Source: Nanobdellota archaeon (GTDB lineage Archaea > Nanobdellota > Nanobdellia > Woesearchaeales > JAHJEM01). Taken from it: a stretch of 47,288 bases of DNA. Location: contig JAHJEM010000070.1 in NCBI GenBank assembly GCA_018825425.1, forward strand, positions 1-47,288, read 5' to 3'. This document shows positions 36,725 through 46,602 of the stretch, in pieces (position 1 is the first letter of the stretch; every line of letters begins with the position of its first letter). The notes under the pieces are model-generated. The model did no database searches. It was not told where the DNA came from and saw nothing but the letters and a program-made list of their open reading frames with translations. The position numbers and the translations under genes were made by a program.

Positions 36725-36778
36725 TTCCGAGCGATAGCTCGGCCCTGTCCACGCCTTTGGCGTGGCCATTTTGATTTT
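36660..36778 (+). ncRNA. GC-rich five-helix element (candidate small structured RNA or complex terminator)
   Basis: Helices at 36660-36675, 36681-36696 and 36749-36765. A further helix 36698-36703/36743-36748 encloses hairpins 36704-36720 and 36727-36742. All pairs are Watson-Crick except one T:G. Tail is CCATTTTGATTTT. Confidence 0.35.
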
Positions 36779-37275
36779 CAATGCTTTTCCAGAAATTCGC
36801 TTATGTAAAGTGCAGTATCCGGACATAGTTCATTATGTTCTGCCATTTCCTGAAGTTCAACTCGAGATATCCATTTTCCCTGTTCACATTCCTGCTCATT
36901 GAGTTTAACTTCCACATTACTCTGGGCCATAAAGATCTTACCCATATATCTGATAATATCAGATTCATACTCAAAATCAAATAAGAACTTCACCTCTGCT
37001 TCAATACCACACTCCTCCATAAGCTCACGCTTTGCAGCATGTTCAAAGGATTCTCCTGCAATAACTGCTCCACCCGCACCAACTACCCATTTCAAAGGGC
37101 AGACCTTCTTGGTGCTCTTTCGTTGGTTGACATAGAATTTGCCAGCGTCATTTATGAGTACAACAACAACCATTTTATGCAACAAATTCTCTTCAACTAC
37201 TGCTTTTCGGGGAACAGTTCTAAGAACATTCATATCCTTGTCAATCTCTTCATTATATTCAATCATATTGCACAA
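36778..37275 (-). CDS. NUDIX hydrolase
   Basis: Nudix box 'GGAVIAGESFEHAAKRELMEECGI'. Confidence 0.85.
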   Translation of the reverse strand: MCNMIEYNEEIDKDMNVLRTVPRKAVVEENLLHKMVVVVLINDAGKFYVNQRKSTKKVCPLKWVVGAGGAVIAGESFEHAAKRELMEECGIEAEVKFLFDFEYESDIIRYMGKIFMAQSNVEVKLNEQECEQGKWISRVELQEMAEHNELCPDTALYISEFLEKH

Positions 37276-37351
37276 TAAAATGGGTCAGATTCTTTAATTT
37301 TGTCATAATTTCTGCATAACCTTTTTAAATGAGCACAGCATCTTCTCTCCT

Positions 37352-37918
37352 ATGGAGATAATCAATCAAGACGAGTTCAATCAGAAAAGGTTGGCATACA
37401 TCAAGAAGATGAAGGATTGGATATTCATATATCCAACAGACACAATCTATGGAATAGGATGTGATGCAACCAATGATGAACTTGTAAAGAAGATTAGGGA
37501 CTTGAAAAAAAGTACGCAACCATTCACTGTTATTGCCCCTTCCAAAAAATGGATACAGGACAATTGTGAGACAAGTGATCTGGTACAGGAATGGATGGAG
37601 AATCTCCCAGGTCCGTACACACTTATTATCAAACTTAAGAACTTGGATTGTGTTGCTCCAAGTATTCTGAATGGAAAGACTACTCTTGGCATACGTATTC
37701 CAGAAAACTGGTTTGCAAAGGTAGTTGAAGAGCTAGAAGTGCCTGTAGTCACTACATCTGCTAACCTATCTGGAGAAAACTTTATGACCAAAATTGAGGA
37801 TCTTGATCCGGATCTTAAAGCAGGAGCAGATATTATTATCTATGAGGGTGAAATAATGGGAAAACCATCTACTTTGGTCATTATTGACCATGAAGATGTA
37901 CATATTAAAGAAAGATGA
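37352..37918 (+). CDS. tsaC: L-threonylcarbamoyladenylate synthase (YrdC/TsaC-type, single domain)
   Basis: 'IFIYPTDTIYGIGCDATN', 'VVTTSANLSGE'; 188 aa with no Sua5 C-terminal domain. Confidence 0.8.
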   Translation: MEIINQDEFNQKRLAYIKKMKDWIFIYPTDTIYGIGCDATNDELVKKIRDLKKSTQPFTVIAPSKKWIQDNCETSDLVQEWMENLPGPYTLIIKLKNLDCVAPSILNGKTTLGIRIPENWFAKVVEELEVPVVTTSANLSGENFMTKIEDLDPDLKAGADIIIYEGEIMGKPSTLVIIDHEDVHIKER

Positions 37919-38550
37919 CCCTTGAAAAAAAAGTTAAATCTGGAAAACTAAAAATTCTTTCAGCAGGAGATTTGCATGGAGATATTGCTCTAGCAAGAAA
38001 GCTTGCAGACAGAGCTGCAAAAGAAAAAGTAGATCTAGTCATTCTGTGCGGTGACATAACTAATTTTGACAAAAGTTCAGACAATATGATCGGACCATTT
38101 CTGGCCAAGAACAAAAAGGTAATTTTTATCCCCGGTAACCATGACAGCTTTGCCACAGCAGACTTTCTTGCTGAAGTGTATGGAATCAAGAACATTCATG
38201 GATACAGTGTCAAGTACAAGGATGTAGGTATCTTTGGATGTGGTGGCGCAAATATTGGTCCTGTTACAGAACTATCTGAAAAGGAAATCTATGATATGTT
38301 GAAACAAGGTTTTTCTAGAATCAAATACCTTGATAAAAGAATCATGGTGAGTCATGTACCTCCATCCGGCTCAAAAATGGAAAAGTTGTGTCCAGGAGCA
38401 GGCTCTAGCGGAGTCAAGGATGCAATGGAGAAGTTCAAGCCAGATTTATTGCTCTGTAGTCATATCCATGCAGCAGAGGGTATAGAAGAGAAGATTGGCA
38501 AGACAAAAGTCATTAATGTTGGTCAAGTAGGAAAGATAATTGAGATTTAG
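37915..38550 (+). CDS. Metallophosphoesterase
   Basis: 'SAGDLHGD', 'LCGDITN', 'GNHD', 'SHIH'. 4-nt overlap with tsaC. Confidence 0.8.
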   Translation: MTLEKKVKSGKLKILSAGDLHGDIALARKLADRAAKEKVDLVILCGDITNFDKSSDNMIGPFLAKNKKVIFIPGNHDSFATADFLAEVYGIKNIHGYSVKYKDVGIFGCGGANIGPVTELSEKEIYDMLKQGFSRIKYLDKRIMVSHVPPSGSKMEKLCPGAGSSGVKDAMEKFKPDLLLCSHIHAAEGIEEKIGKTKVINVGQVGKIIEI

Positions 38551-38632
38551 TACTACAAAATACTATAAACTTCGTATGCAAATCATTGAATATTAAAAAC
38601 ATTTAAATAAACAATTAACCGTGGTGAATATT

Positions 38633-39724
38633 ATGAAAAAAACAATTTTGATGGCATTCGCATTGATGATTCTGGCAATACCTGTCCTAGCACTTCAGGG
38701 TACAACAACTAATATTGTTATTTACTCACCACTTAATAACACATCAATTGGTTTGCAAAGTCAAGATTTTACCTTTGAAATTGATGGTCCAGAAGATGCA
38801 AGTTCATGTTCTTTCATTGCAGATGGAGATATTCTTAAGACATATCCTACAATTCCGCATAGAATAGACAGGAAATTTACAGTGCAGCTGCCTCAAGGAC
38901 AACATGAATGGAAAATAAACTGTGTTTTTCCAGATGGAGAGATCGAATCTGAGACCAGGATACTAAATGTAGATCTGACAGGACTTCCAACAGGATGTGT
39001 AGAAAAACAATCTATGGGAAGCGGTAAGTTCAGGCACGTATTTGATAAGGAATGCGCCGAGCAGACACCTGTAACTATACAGGGCTTAAGACCAAATGAT
39101 TGGATTGAGATTACACTAGAGGAGACATCTCGTTTGCCAGGTGGCCGGTTTGAGACCAAGACAAATTACTTCATACTATATTTGATTAAGCTCTCAGTAA
39201 GAAATGGTCAGGATTTTTTCCAGTATAATACAAATAGGAATACTGCAAAAGTAGATGCCCTTGTTGGTGAAGCAGTTGAAGTGGATATTGATGGTGATGA
39301 CATCAATGATATTACTCTGACTGTGAATGAAATTTATCTGAAAAAAGCAAGCGTAACCATACGCATGCTCGATGTAGACTATGATGCTCCTGTTATCAGT
39401 GATGATCCTGACATGGTTGATGAAGAGGATGTTGAACCTGTCGAGCCAGTTATCCTTGATGATGAGGATGAACCAGAAGAAATGGATGATGTGGTTGATG
39501 ACCTCGTGACAGATGACGAAGAAGAGACAACTGGTTCTAATCCAGCCAAGTTATGGAGTACTATCATTATCATAATGGTGTTACTCGCAATTCTTGTGTA
39601 CTTGACCGTGTCTCAAAGAAAAGAAAAGAAGACAAAACAAGTGAAGAGAAAAGCACCACAAGGCAAGAAAGCTGATTTTATAATTGAAAGCAGTGCAAAA
39701 GCCAAGAGGAAGAGAAGGAGATAA
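38633..39724 (+). CDS. Secreted, C-terminally anchored surface protein with acidic linker
   Basis: GGTGA SD before the ATG at 38633 (the track starts at GTG 38621). Signal peptide, Asp/Glu-rich stretch, C-terminal TM plus Lys/Arg tail. Confidence 0.55.
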   Translation: MKKTILMAFALMILAIPVLALQGTTTNIVIYSPLNNTSIGLQSQDFTFEIDGPEDASSCSFIADGDILKTYPTIPHRIDRKFTVQLPQGQHEWKINCVFPDGEIESETRILNVDLTGLPTGCVEKQSMGSGKFRHVFDKECAEQTPVTIQGLRPNDWIEITLEETSRLPGGRFETKTNYFILYLIKLSVRNGQDFFQYNTNRNTAKVDALVGEAVEVDIDGDDINDITLTVNEIYLKKASVTIRMLDVDYDAPVISDDPDMVDEEDVEPVEPVILDDEDEPEEMDDVVDDLVTDDEEETTGSNPAKLWSTIIIIMVLLAILVYLTVSQRKEKKTKQVKRKAPQGKKADFIIESSAKAKRKRRR

Positions 39725-39726
39725 AT

Positions 39727-39921
39727 ATGCCAGTTGTCGAAATCAAAGTATGGGAAGGAAAGACAGACGATAAGGCAAAAGAACAGCTTATTATTGATGT
39801 CACTGACGCAGTCCAAAAGAATGTGGGCTGCCCAAAAGAAGCAATTGACATCTGTATAACTGAAGTACCTCGCAAGAATTGGGGCAAGGGAGGGGTTGTT
39901 TCTTCAAAACTTAATCTATAA
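39727..39921 (+). CDS. 4-oxalocrotonate tautomerase-family protein
   Basis: 'MPVVEIKVWEGKTDDKAKEQLIIDVTDAV' with catalytic Pro1; about 64 aa. Confidence 0.8.
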   Translation: MPVVEIKVWEGKTDDKAKEQLIIDVTDAVQKNVGCPKEAIDICITEVPRKNWGKGGVVSSKLNL

Positions 39922-39937
39922 ATTCTGTTGTCAAAAG

Positions 39938-41374
39938 TTAACCCTTTATCACACCCAGAGGTTTTACTTTCGCAACAATATTGCCAATACCCATCCTATT
40001 ACTCACACTGACAACCTCATCTACATCCTTGTAGACTTGTGGTGCTTCTTCACTAATACCTTTCCAGCTTGCCGCCTTGACATAGATCTTTAATTTCTCA
40101 AGATCACGAGTTACATCATCTGCCCTGAACTTCTGTTTTGCAGCCATTCTTGACATAACTCTTCCAGCCCCATGAGCAGTGCTACCAAAGGTCTCATCCA
40201 TGGCTTTCTGGGTTCCGACCAGAAGATATGATGAGGTTCCCATGCTTCCAGGAAGTATGATTGGCTGACCAATATCCTTGTAATCTGCAGGAATGTCATC
40301 ACTTCCAGGACCAAAAGCGCGCGTAGCTCCTTTTCTATGGACATAAACTTTTCTTTTATTTCCATCAAACTCATATTCCTCGAGTTTGGCAATATTGTGA
40401 GCAACATCATACACTGTCTTTAGTTCAACATTGTCTCCAAATACTTGGCGAAAACTCTTTCTGACCTGGTGCGCGATGATATGTCTATTTGCCCAAGCAT
40501 AATTTGCAGCAGCACTCATTGCTTTGAAGTACTGTTTAGCAAGATCGCTATTTGCAGGAGCATAAATCAAGTCCTTTTCAGGTAGTGAATTACGGATGTC
40601 AGGAAATGCATCTTCCATCTTCCTGATATAATCAGAACACACTTGATGGCCAAGACCTCTTGATCCACAGTGGATCATGACTGTGACCTGATCCTTTCCT
40701 TCTAGCTTGAATGCTTTTCCGATCTTCTCATCGTATATTTCATCAACAACCTGTATCTCTAGAAAATGATTGCCAGCACCTAGGGTTCCAAGTTGTTTTC
40801 TTCCGCGGCTCTTTGCTCTTTGGGATACTTCTTTGGCATCTGCAAGTTTTATTGATCCTGAACCTTCGCAATGCTCGAGATCATCCTGATTTCCGAGATT
40901 ATTTTTTACTGCCCATGCCGCTCCAGTATTCAGAACATCATCAAGCTCTTCATCATTGAGGCGTAAGCGCGACTCTCCACCAACACCACAAGGTATATTT
41001 CGAAACATTGTATCAAGGAGCTCCTTAATCTTAGGTTCCACATCTTTCTTCTTTAAATTGGTTGTTAGAAGTCGGACTCCGCAGTTGATATCAAAACCCA
41101 CACCACCAGGACTAATAACTCCAGTTTCTGCATCAAAAGCAGCAACACCACCAATAGGAAAACCATATCCCACATGCATATCAGGCATGGCCATTGAAGC
41201 TGTATATATTCCTGGAAGACAAGCCACATTCTTACATTGTAAAATCGCGTCGTCTTCTACTCCTTCAAATAGTTTTTCACTTAAAAAGAACCTTGCAGGT
41301 ACATTCATGTTGTCTTCTTTTGCAAGCTCGTAAACGCAATCTCCAACTTTTTTCAGTCTATCTTTTATTCCCAT
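39938..41374 (-). CDS. rtcB: RNA-splicing ligase RtcB
   Basis: 'GGVGFDINCGVR', 'HCGSRGLGHQV', 'GSTAHGAGR'. Confidence 0.95.
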   Translation of the reverse strand: MGIKDRLKKVGDCVYELAKEDNMNVPARFFLSEKLFEGVEDDAILQCKNVACLPGIYTASMAMPDMHVGYGFPIGGVAAFDAETGVISPGGVGFDINCGVRLLTTNLKKKDVEPKIKELLDTMFRNIPCGVGGESRLRLNDEELDDVLNTGAAWAVKNNLGNQDDLEHCEGSGSIKLADAKEVSQRAKSRGRKQLGTLGAGNHFLEIQVVDEIYDEKIGKAFKLEGKDQVTVMIHCGSRGLGHQVCSDYIRKMEDAFPDIRNSLPEKDLIYAPANSDLAKQYFKAMSAAANYAWANRHIIAHQVRKSFRQVFGDNVELKTVYDVAHNIAKLEEYEFDGNKRKVYVHRKGATRAFGPGSDDIPADYKDIGQPIILPGSMGTSSYLLVGTQKAMDETFGSTAHGAGRVMSRMAAKQKFRADDVTRDLEKLKIYVKAASWKGISEEAPQVYKDVDEVVSVSNRMGIGNIVAKVKPLGVIKG

Positions 41375-41450
41375 TGTGGGATTTTGTATTTATAAATGAT
41401 TTATATAGTTTCTCTAAAGTTATTTAAACTCGACCTCATTATCTATATAA

Positions 41451-41918
41451 ATGGTTTTTGCTCTTCAGGGGGGAGAGCTTGATGATTTCACAAAGAAATC
41501 AGCCAAGGGTCTCAGATATAGAGAAGACATATTTTGCAGTGTTTACACATATAGTCTTGGCTCTGATGAGATACGGGTTGTAGTCAATTCCTTCATTGAG
41601 CACATGCTAACACAAGAAGAGGGCAAAAAGCCATATATGAACTTTCTTCAAAAGAATCATCTTCATGGTGAGGTAAGGAGTCAATTCACAATGCCTGGGT
41701 TCTTCGATAGGTTAGAGGAAATCAGTAAGCATGACGTTTACAAGAGATTGGTTTTTCATATTCCTGCATCGGATCTCCTTGACTTGCTGGAAGTTGAACA
41801 AGGAACCCGCATTCTGTTCGCCCAACTGACAGAAGGCGTATCAGAAGAAAGCGGAAGCAGTCTGTATTTTATTCTTAACAAAGGAAAGATTGCATTGTTG
41901 CATACGATATTTACCTAA
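41451..41918 (+). CDS. Hypothetical protein (155 aa)
   Basis: ORF only; convergent 8-nt overlap with the phosphorylase gene. Confidence 0.4.
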   Translation: MVFALQGGELDDFTKKSAKGLRYREDIFCSVYTYSLGSDEIRVVVNSFIEHMLTQEEGKKPYMNFLQKNHLHGEVRSQFTMPGFFDRLEEISKHDVYKRLVFHIPASDLLDLLEVEQGTRILFAQLTEGVSEESGSSLYFILNKGKIALLHTIFT

Positions 41919-43635
41919 AATAAGCATTCACAACATATTGTTCAACCATTCTATGTGTGTTAAAGAATGATCCATTCAGTGCAATGCAATGCCTCATAAT
42001 GTTGACCCATGCTGATTTGTCGTGATAGAACAAAGGTAATATTTTTTTCTCCAGTTTTAAATACATTTCAGCAGCATCTTGATCATCATTTCTTGGAGAG
42101 TCTGTACTTGCAGTCTTTCCAATACTCCATCCTGTCTCATTCTCTATATGGCCTTCAAGCCACCACCCATCCATGGAACTAAGGTGAGGAACACCATTAT
42201 GTGCTGCCTTCATGCCGCTGGTACCAGAGGCTTCCCATGGAGGAATTGGAGTATTTAACCACAGATCTACTCCAGAGACCAAGAGTTTGGCGCTGTCCAT
42301 GTCATAGTTCTCAAGCCACACAATTTTGATCTTATCTTTTAAGGATGCGGCAATATCATTGATGTGCTTGATTATGCCTTTTCCATGCTGGTCAGCAGGG
42401 TGTGCTTTTCCTGCAAAAACAATTTGAATCTTACCGACTTGTTCAGAAAGATGAACTAACCTGTTCACATCCTTAAACAGTAAGTCTGCTCTTTTGTAAG
42501 CTGCGGCCCTTCTTGCAAAACCAAGGGTGAATATATCTCTGTCAAAGCCTGCATTTAGTCTTGAGTTCAGAAGATCAATGAGTGCGCCCTTTGCTTTTTC
42601 ATGAGCTTCCATTATCTCATCCCTTGGAATGCCGATGGCATATCTAAGAGAGAATGATTCACGACGCCAGCCAGGAATATATTTGTCAAAAAGCTCTTGG
42701 AATGAATTACACGTCCAGGTCACTGAATGCACGCCATTTGTTATGCTGTCAATAGGATATTCAGGGAACATACCTCTTGATATCTCGCCATGTTTTTCAG
42801 CGACTCCATTAATGTATTCGCTGAAATACAATGCCAACTGAATCATGCTGAGTTTTCCATCCTGGACGATGCTTGCTTCATGTTCATCTGGAAAATCTGG
42901 CAAGGTATTTTTTACCACATCAAGAGGAAAATTATCCCTTCCTGCAGGTACTGGCGTGTGGGTTGTAAACACCATCCTTTTTCTAATTTCAGTCACAAGT
43001 TCATCTGCAGGGACCTTACCTTTCAGACGATTATAAAGCTCAAATGCGATGAAGGCAGCATGTCCCTCATTCATATGATATTTTTTCAGATTTGTATATC
43101 CAAGCGCTTCCAGAATACGTACTCCTCCAATGCCAAGAATTATTTCCTGGAGCATACGATAATACTCATCTCCCCCATAAAGATGGTCAGTCAGTTTTCT
43201 GTCATAATCGCTGTTCTCTGGGAGGTTTGTGTCCAGGAAGTAAACAGGAACTTCATAGTTAGCACAGCCTTTGCATATATATTCCCAGGCTGTAACCTTG
43301 ATGGTGCGGTCCTTGAGAGGTATATCAATGACTACATCAGTCTTCTTGAGGAAATCATCTTTAGACCAGTCAACAGGAATCTCTTTTTGTTCACCATTTT
43401 CGATTTTCTGATAGAAGTATCCTTTTGAGTGTACTAATGTTACTGCAATGACTGGAACGTGCAGATCTGCAAATGCCTTAATCGTGTCGCCTGCAAGAAC
43501 TCCAAGACCTCCACTGTAAGTAGGAATCCTATGGTCCAGTCCTATTTCCATACTGAAATATGCTACAATCCTCTCATTCTTTTCTACTTTGATCCTTCCA
43601 TGATGCTTCATAATACATGTATCAATCTGCGTCAT
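41911..43635 (-). CDS. glgP: Alpha-glucan phosphorylase (GT35, short archaeal/bacterial type)
   Basis: 'AYFSMEIGL..IPTYSGGLGVLAGD' and the PLP-lysine region 'EASGTSGMKAAHNG'. Confidence 0.85.
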   Translation of the reverse strand: MTQIDTCIMKHHGRIKVEKNERIVAYFSMEIGLDHRIPTYSGGLGVLAGDTIKAFADLHVPVIAVTLVHSKGYFYQKIENGEQKEIPVDWSKDDFLKKTDVVIDIPLKDRTIKVTAWEYICKGCANYEVPVYFLDTNLPENSDYDRKLTDHLYGGDEYYRMLQEIILGIGGVRILEALGYTNLKKYHMNEGHAAFIAFELYNRLKGKVPADELVTEIRKRMVFTTHTPVPAGRDNFPLDVVKNTLPDFPDEHEASIVQDGKLSMIQLALYFSEYINGVAEKHGEISRGMFPEYPIDSITNGVHSVTWTCNSFQELFDKYIPGWRRESFSLRYAIGIPRDEIMEAHEKAKGALIDLLNSRLNAGFDRDIFTLGFARRAAAYKRADLLFKDVNRLVHLSEQVGKIQIVFAGKAHPADQHGKGIIKHINDIAASLKDKIKIVWLENYDMDSAKLLVSGVDLWLNTPIPPWEASGTSGMKAAHNGVPHLSSMDGWWLEGHIENETGWSIGKTASTDSPRNDDQDAAEMYLKLEKKILPLFYHDKSAWVNIMRHCIALNGSFFNTHRMVEQYVVNAYFR

Positions 43636-43651
43636 TAATAAATGTTTTGGA

Positions 43652-44506
43652 CTAAAGAACGAGTGATTTCAATCTGTCAATCCTCTGCTTCATCGGAGGA
43701 TGGGTAGAGAAGAGTGCAACCAATCCAGTTCCTCTGAATGGATTTGCAATGAACAAGTGTGCAGTGGTTTCTGTATTACTATTGGCTCTAAGAGGCGCTT
43801 GTCTGATTCCATGTTCGATTTTACCCAGTGCAGAAGCAAGTCCTGTTGTGTCATGAAGCGTTCTTGCAGCGCTTTCATCAGCCTGATACTCGCGGCTTCT
43901 GCTTATTGCCATCTGAATGATTGCTGCTAGAAGAGGTGTCAAGATTGCAAGTACAATTAGTTCTGCAAAATTACCATCATCATTATCTCGTCCTCCAAAA
44001 CCTCCGAAAATTGCTGCGAATCTTGCCATCATTGCAACATATGAGATCACTCCTGCAATGGTTGCTGCAACTGCTTGAATCAAGGTATCTCTGTTCTTGA
44101 TATGGCTGATTTCATGAGCAATTACACCCTTAAGCTCGCTATCGTTCAGCATATTTATGAGGGCTTCAGTTGCTGCCACTGCTGCATGTTTTGGATCTCT
44201 CCCTGTAGCAAAAGCATTAGGATGAGCACCAGGCACAATGTATGCTTTGGGAACAGGAATCTGTGCCATATGAGCAACTTCACTAACTAGTTTGTGAAGC
44301 CTGCTGTTTCTGGGAGCAGGTTGTGCCCTGTACATCTTTAGGACAATCTTATCAGAATACCAGAATGATACAAAATTCAAGATGAGTGCAAAGATAAGTG
44401 CAATTGCTAGGCCTGTGGGTCCTCCTACAAGGTCTCCTACCCAAAGGAGAAGTGCAGTCAAGGCTCCCAAAAGGATTACAGTCCTGAAATTGTTGGTAAA
44501 TGACAT
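43652..44506 (-). CDS. htpX: M48-family zinc protease HtpX
   Basis: 'HEISHIKNRD' HExxH motif and four TM helices. Start placed at the ATG at 44506 (MSFTNNFRTV); the longer track ORF would overlap archease. Confidence 0.85.
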   Translation of the reverse strand: MSFTNNFRTVILLGALTALLLWVGDLVGGPTGLAIALIFALILNFVSFWYSDKIVLKMYRAQPAPRNSRLHKLVSEVAHMAQIPVPKAYIVPGAHPNAFATGRDPKHAAVAATEALINMLNDSELKGVIAHEISHIKNRDTLIQAVAATIAGVISYVAMMARFAAIFGGFGGRDNDDGNFAELIVLAILTPLLAAIIQMAISRSREYQADESAARTLHDTTGLASALGKIEHGIRQAPLRANSNTETTAHLFIANPFRGTGLVALFSTHPPMKQRIDRLKSLVL

Positions 44507-44582
44507 TTTTTGATGAGCAAAGGGCAGGGGGTTTTTATGGTTTTTGGAAAAATATTTATACAGTGCCCAGAATTCAGAAGAC

Positions 44583-45005
44583 ATGCAACCATTCAAATAT
44601 CTAGAGCACACTGCTGACTGCAAATTCCAGGCATATGGAGATAGTATGGAGCAGGCTTTTGAGAACGCGGCTCTGGCCATGATGAACCATCTGACTCCCG
44701 TGGACAAGATCAAGAGTATGGTGTATAAGACAATCAATGTCAAAGCCAATCAGACAGACAAGCTGCTTTATGCTTTTTTAGAGGAATTCATTTTCTTTAT
44801 TGATACAGAGGGGTTTATTGTAGGGGAAATAAAGTCTCTAACCATTGACAAGACCAATGAAGAATATGTTCTCAAAGCAGAGGTTGGTGGAGACACTTAC
44901 AAGAATTATGAAGTTGTGGGTGATATCAAGGCTATAACCTACAATGACATGTTCATTGAGGAGAAAGAGGGTGTGTGGACTGTGCAGGTTGTTATTGATA
45001 TATAG
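44583..45005 (+). CDS. Archease
   Basis: 'MQPFKYLEHTADCKFQAYG' and 'IKAITYNDM'. A TATA-like ATATTTATA lies about 27 nt upstream of the ATG at 44583. Confidence 0.85.
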   Translation: MQPFKYLEHTADCKFQAYGDSMEQAFENAALAMMNHLTPVDKIKSMVYKTINVKANQTDKLLYAFLEEFIFFIDTEGFIVGEIKSLTIDKTNEEYVLKAEVGGDTYKNYEVVGDIKAITYNDMFIEEKEGVWTVQVVIDI

Positions 45006-45022
45006 ATCTGATTCTTGTTTGC

Positions 45023-45439
45023 CTATTTATAAGAAATAACCCTTAAATCTTCAGCCTTGGTCTCGCTCTTTTCTCTTAGCTCTTGGACTTCCTCGAGTTC
45101 ATGATCATCCTTGTCAAAATTCATTGTGACAGGATCATTCAGTAGTTGTTCAGCACTCATCTCTGTCTTGGTAACGCTATCTGTTGAAGGGATGCTGTCA
45201 AACATGCTCATGGGTGCTGCAGTCGGAGTACATGGTGAAGGTGCATTTGTGGTTGGAGTTGATCCAAACATATTCATAGGAGATGCAGGAGCACTAGTCA
45301 TTCCTGTGTCATTCCCAAAAATGTCAGCATGCTTATGTTTTATTGGTGTACTTGTTTCGTCAACCAATCTCTGCAAGAACAATATCATCTTCTTCAAGTC
45401 TTCTTTAGAATCTTTTTCAGTGTCTATCTTGATTTCCAT
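45023..45439 (-). CDS. Hypothetical low-complexity acidic protein
   Basis: ORF only; Pro/Ser/Thr-rich middle with acidic ends. Confidence 0.4.
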   Translation of the reverse strand: MEIKIDTEKDSKEDLKKMILFLQRLVDETSTPIKHKHADIFGNDTGMTSAPASPMNMFGSTPTTNAPSPCTPTAAPMSMFDSIPSTDSVTKTEMSAEQLLNDPVTMNFDKDDHELEEVQELREKSETKAEDLRVISYK

Positions 45440-45453
45440 TTTGCAATTACATT

Positions 45454-46593
45454 CTATACATAGTGAACTTCAACCTGGAAATTGTCATAGGTCGGGTACT
45501 CTTTTACTATGCAATAGCTTGTATATAAATTTTTGGGCAAACCTTGAACAGCACCCACTGTAGTCAGTATCCTGAATCGTCTTTTGTCCAATTCCATGTA
45601 CTTGGATGGAATCTTGTGATTCTGCTTCATGTCTTTCATAACAGACATCAGTCTGGCAATTATTTTTTTCCTGGAGATATCACTCAACGTTTGTGTATTT
45701 TCAGGATAGCCGATTCCTGGTTGAAGATGCTTAGGATAGATTGCCCCTCTGACCAGAAGTCCTTCTTTATCCACATGATCATATGGCTTTTTGGCATTTT
45801 TGGCCCTTTTCTTGATTCTTTTGGCCATCTGGACCCTATCTTTTAGGGTCGCAGAACAATAATGTGCACGCAAACCAACCTTTGCACAGTATCGTACCAT
45901 ATCTTTTCCTAGCTTTTCAGAATTAAGAACTCCGTATGAGAGAGAATCCTTAGGTTTATGTCCTAATTCAAGCAATTTGCTTATGGAATTGTCTGCAATC
46001 TCAAGCTCATTTAGATTCATGAACTTGATATTGATATCTTTTGCATAGTCAATAAGAGATATTATGTGTTTTTTCATGCCTGGAATGACAGGAATTTCGA
46101 TTCCCACATCCCAATTGAAGCTTGTTGCATGTTCCATCATGCTCCATTCATCTGGTTTCTCAAGTTTTGGATGGAATCTTATCTCATCCAAGCCTGCCGC
46201 ATGTAATTTCTTCAAGCTGTCTGGTGTTACAAGTGTCAAAGGCGTGTAAAGATGGATGTGGAACCTCTTTCCAAACCTTTTCTTGAGTTTTTTTATCCAA
46301 TCCACTGTTCGAGAAAGACAGACTAGTGGATCTCCACCAGTTATACCAACACCTTTTGAAGAACAAAGCTTGATCTCCTCAAAAAGATCCTTGATATTTG
46401 GACCAATAGGCCATTCATTGGCAAGAATGACATCCTTTCCATACTTCTTGTCAGAAATCGGGCAGTAATAACAGCCAGCACCACATAATCCTGTAATAAA
46501 AAGAACGGTTTTCTCACCTTTTACGCATTGTTGACATCCTTTGGGCAAGTTGCCTGCGCGGTAGGAGTAGTATGGGGTTTTTGTTGGTTTCAT
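45454..46593 (-). CDS. Radical SAM protein (COG2108-like, PFL-activase-related)
   Basis: 'ITGLCGAGCYYCPIS' CxxxCxxC cluster plus an upstream 'CQQC'. Confidence 0.75.
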   Translation of the reverse strand: MKPTKTPYYSYRAGNLPKGCQQCVKGEKTVLFITGLCGAGCYYCPISDKKYGKDVILANEWPIGPNIKDLFEEIKLCSSKGVGITGGDPLVCLSRTVDWIKKLKKRFGKRFHIHLYTPLTLVTPDSLKKLHAAGLDEIRFHPKLEKPDEWSMMEHATSFNWDVGIEIPVIPGMKKHIISLIDYAKDINIKFMNLNELEIADNSISKLLELGHKPKDSLSYGVLNSEKLGKDMVRYCAKVGLRAHYCSATLKDRVQMAKRIKKRAKNAKKPYDHVDKEGLLVRGAIYPKHLQPGIGYPENTQTLSDISRKKIIARLMSVMKDMKQNHKIPSKYMELDKRRFRILTTVGAVQGLPKNLYTSYCIVKEYPTYDNFQVEVHYV

Positions 46594-46602
46594 TTGGGCT
46601 GT

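Noticed and set aside
44507-44749. Long N-terminal extension of the htpX ORF
   Set aside because: The extension overlaps the archease gene and its promoter. The conserved HtpX N-terminus and first TM begin at the ATG at 44506.
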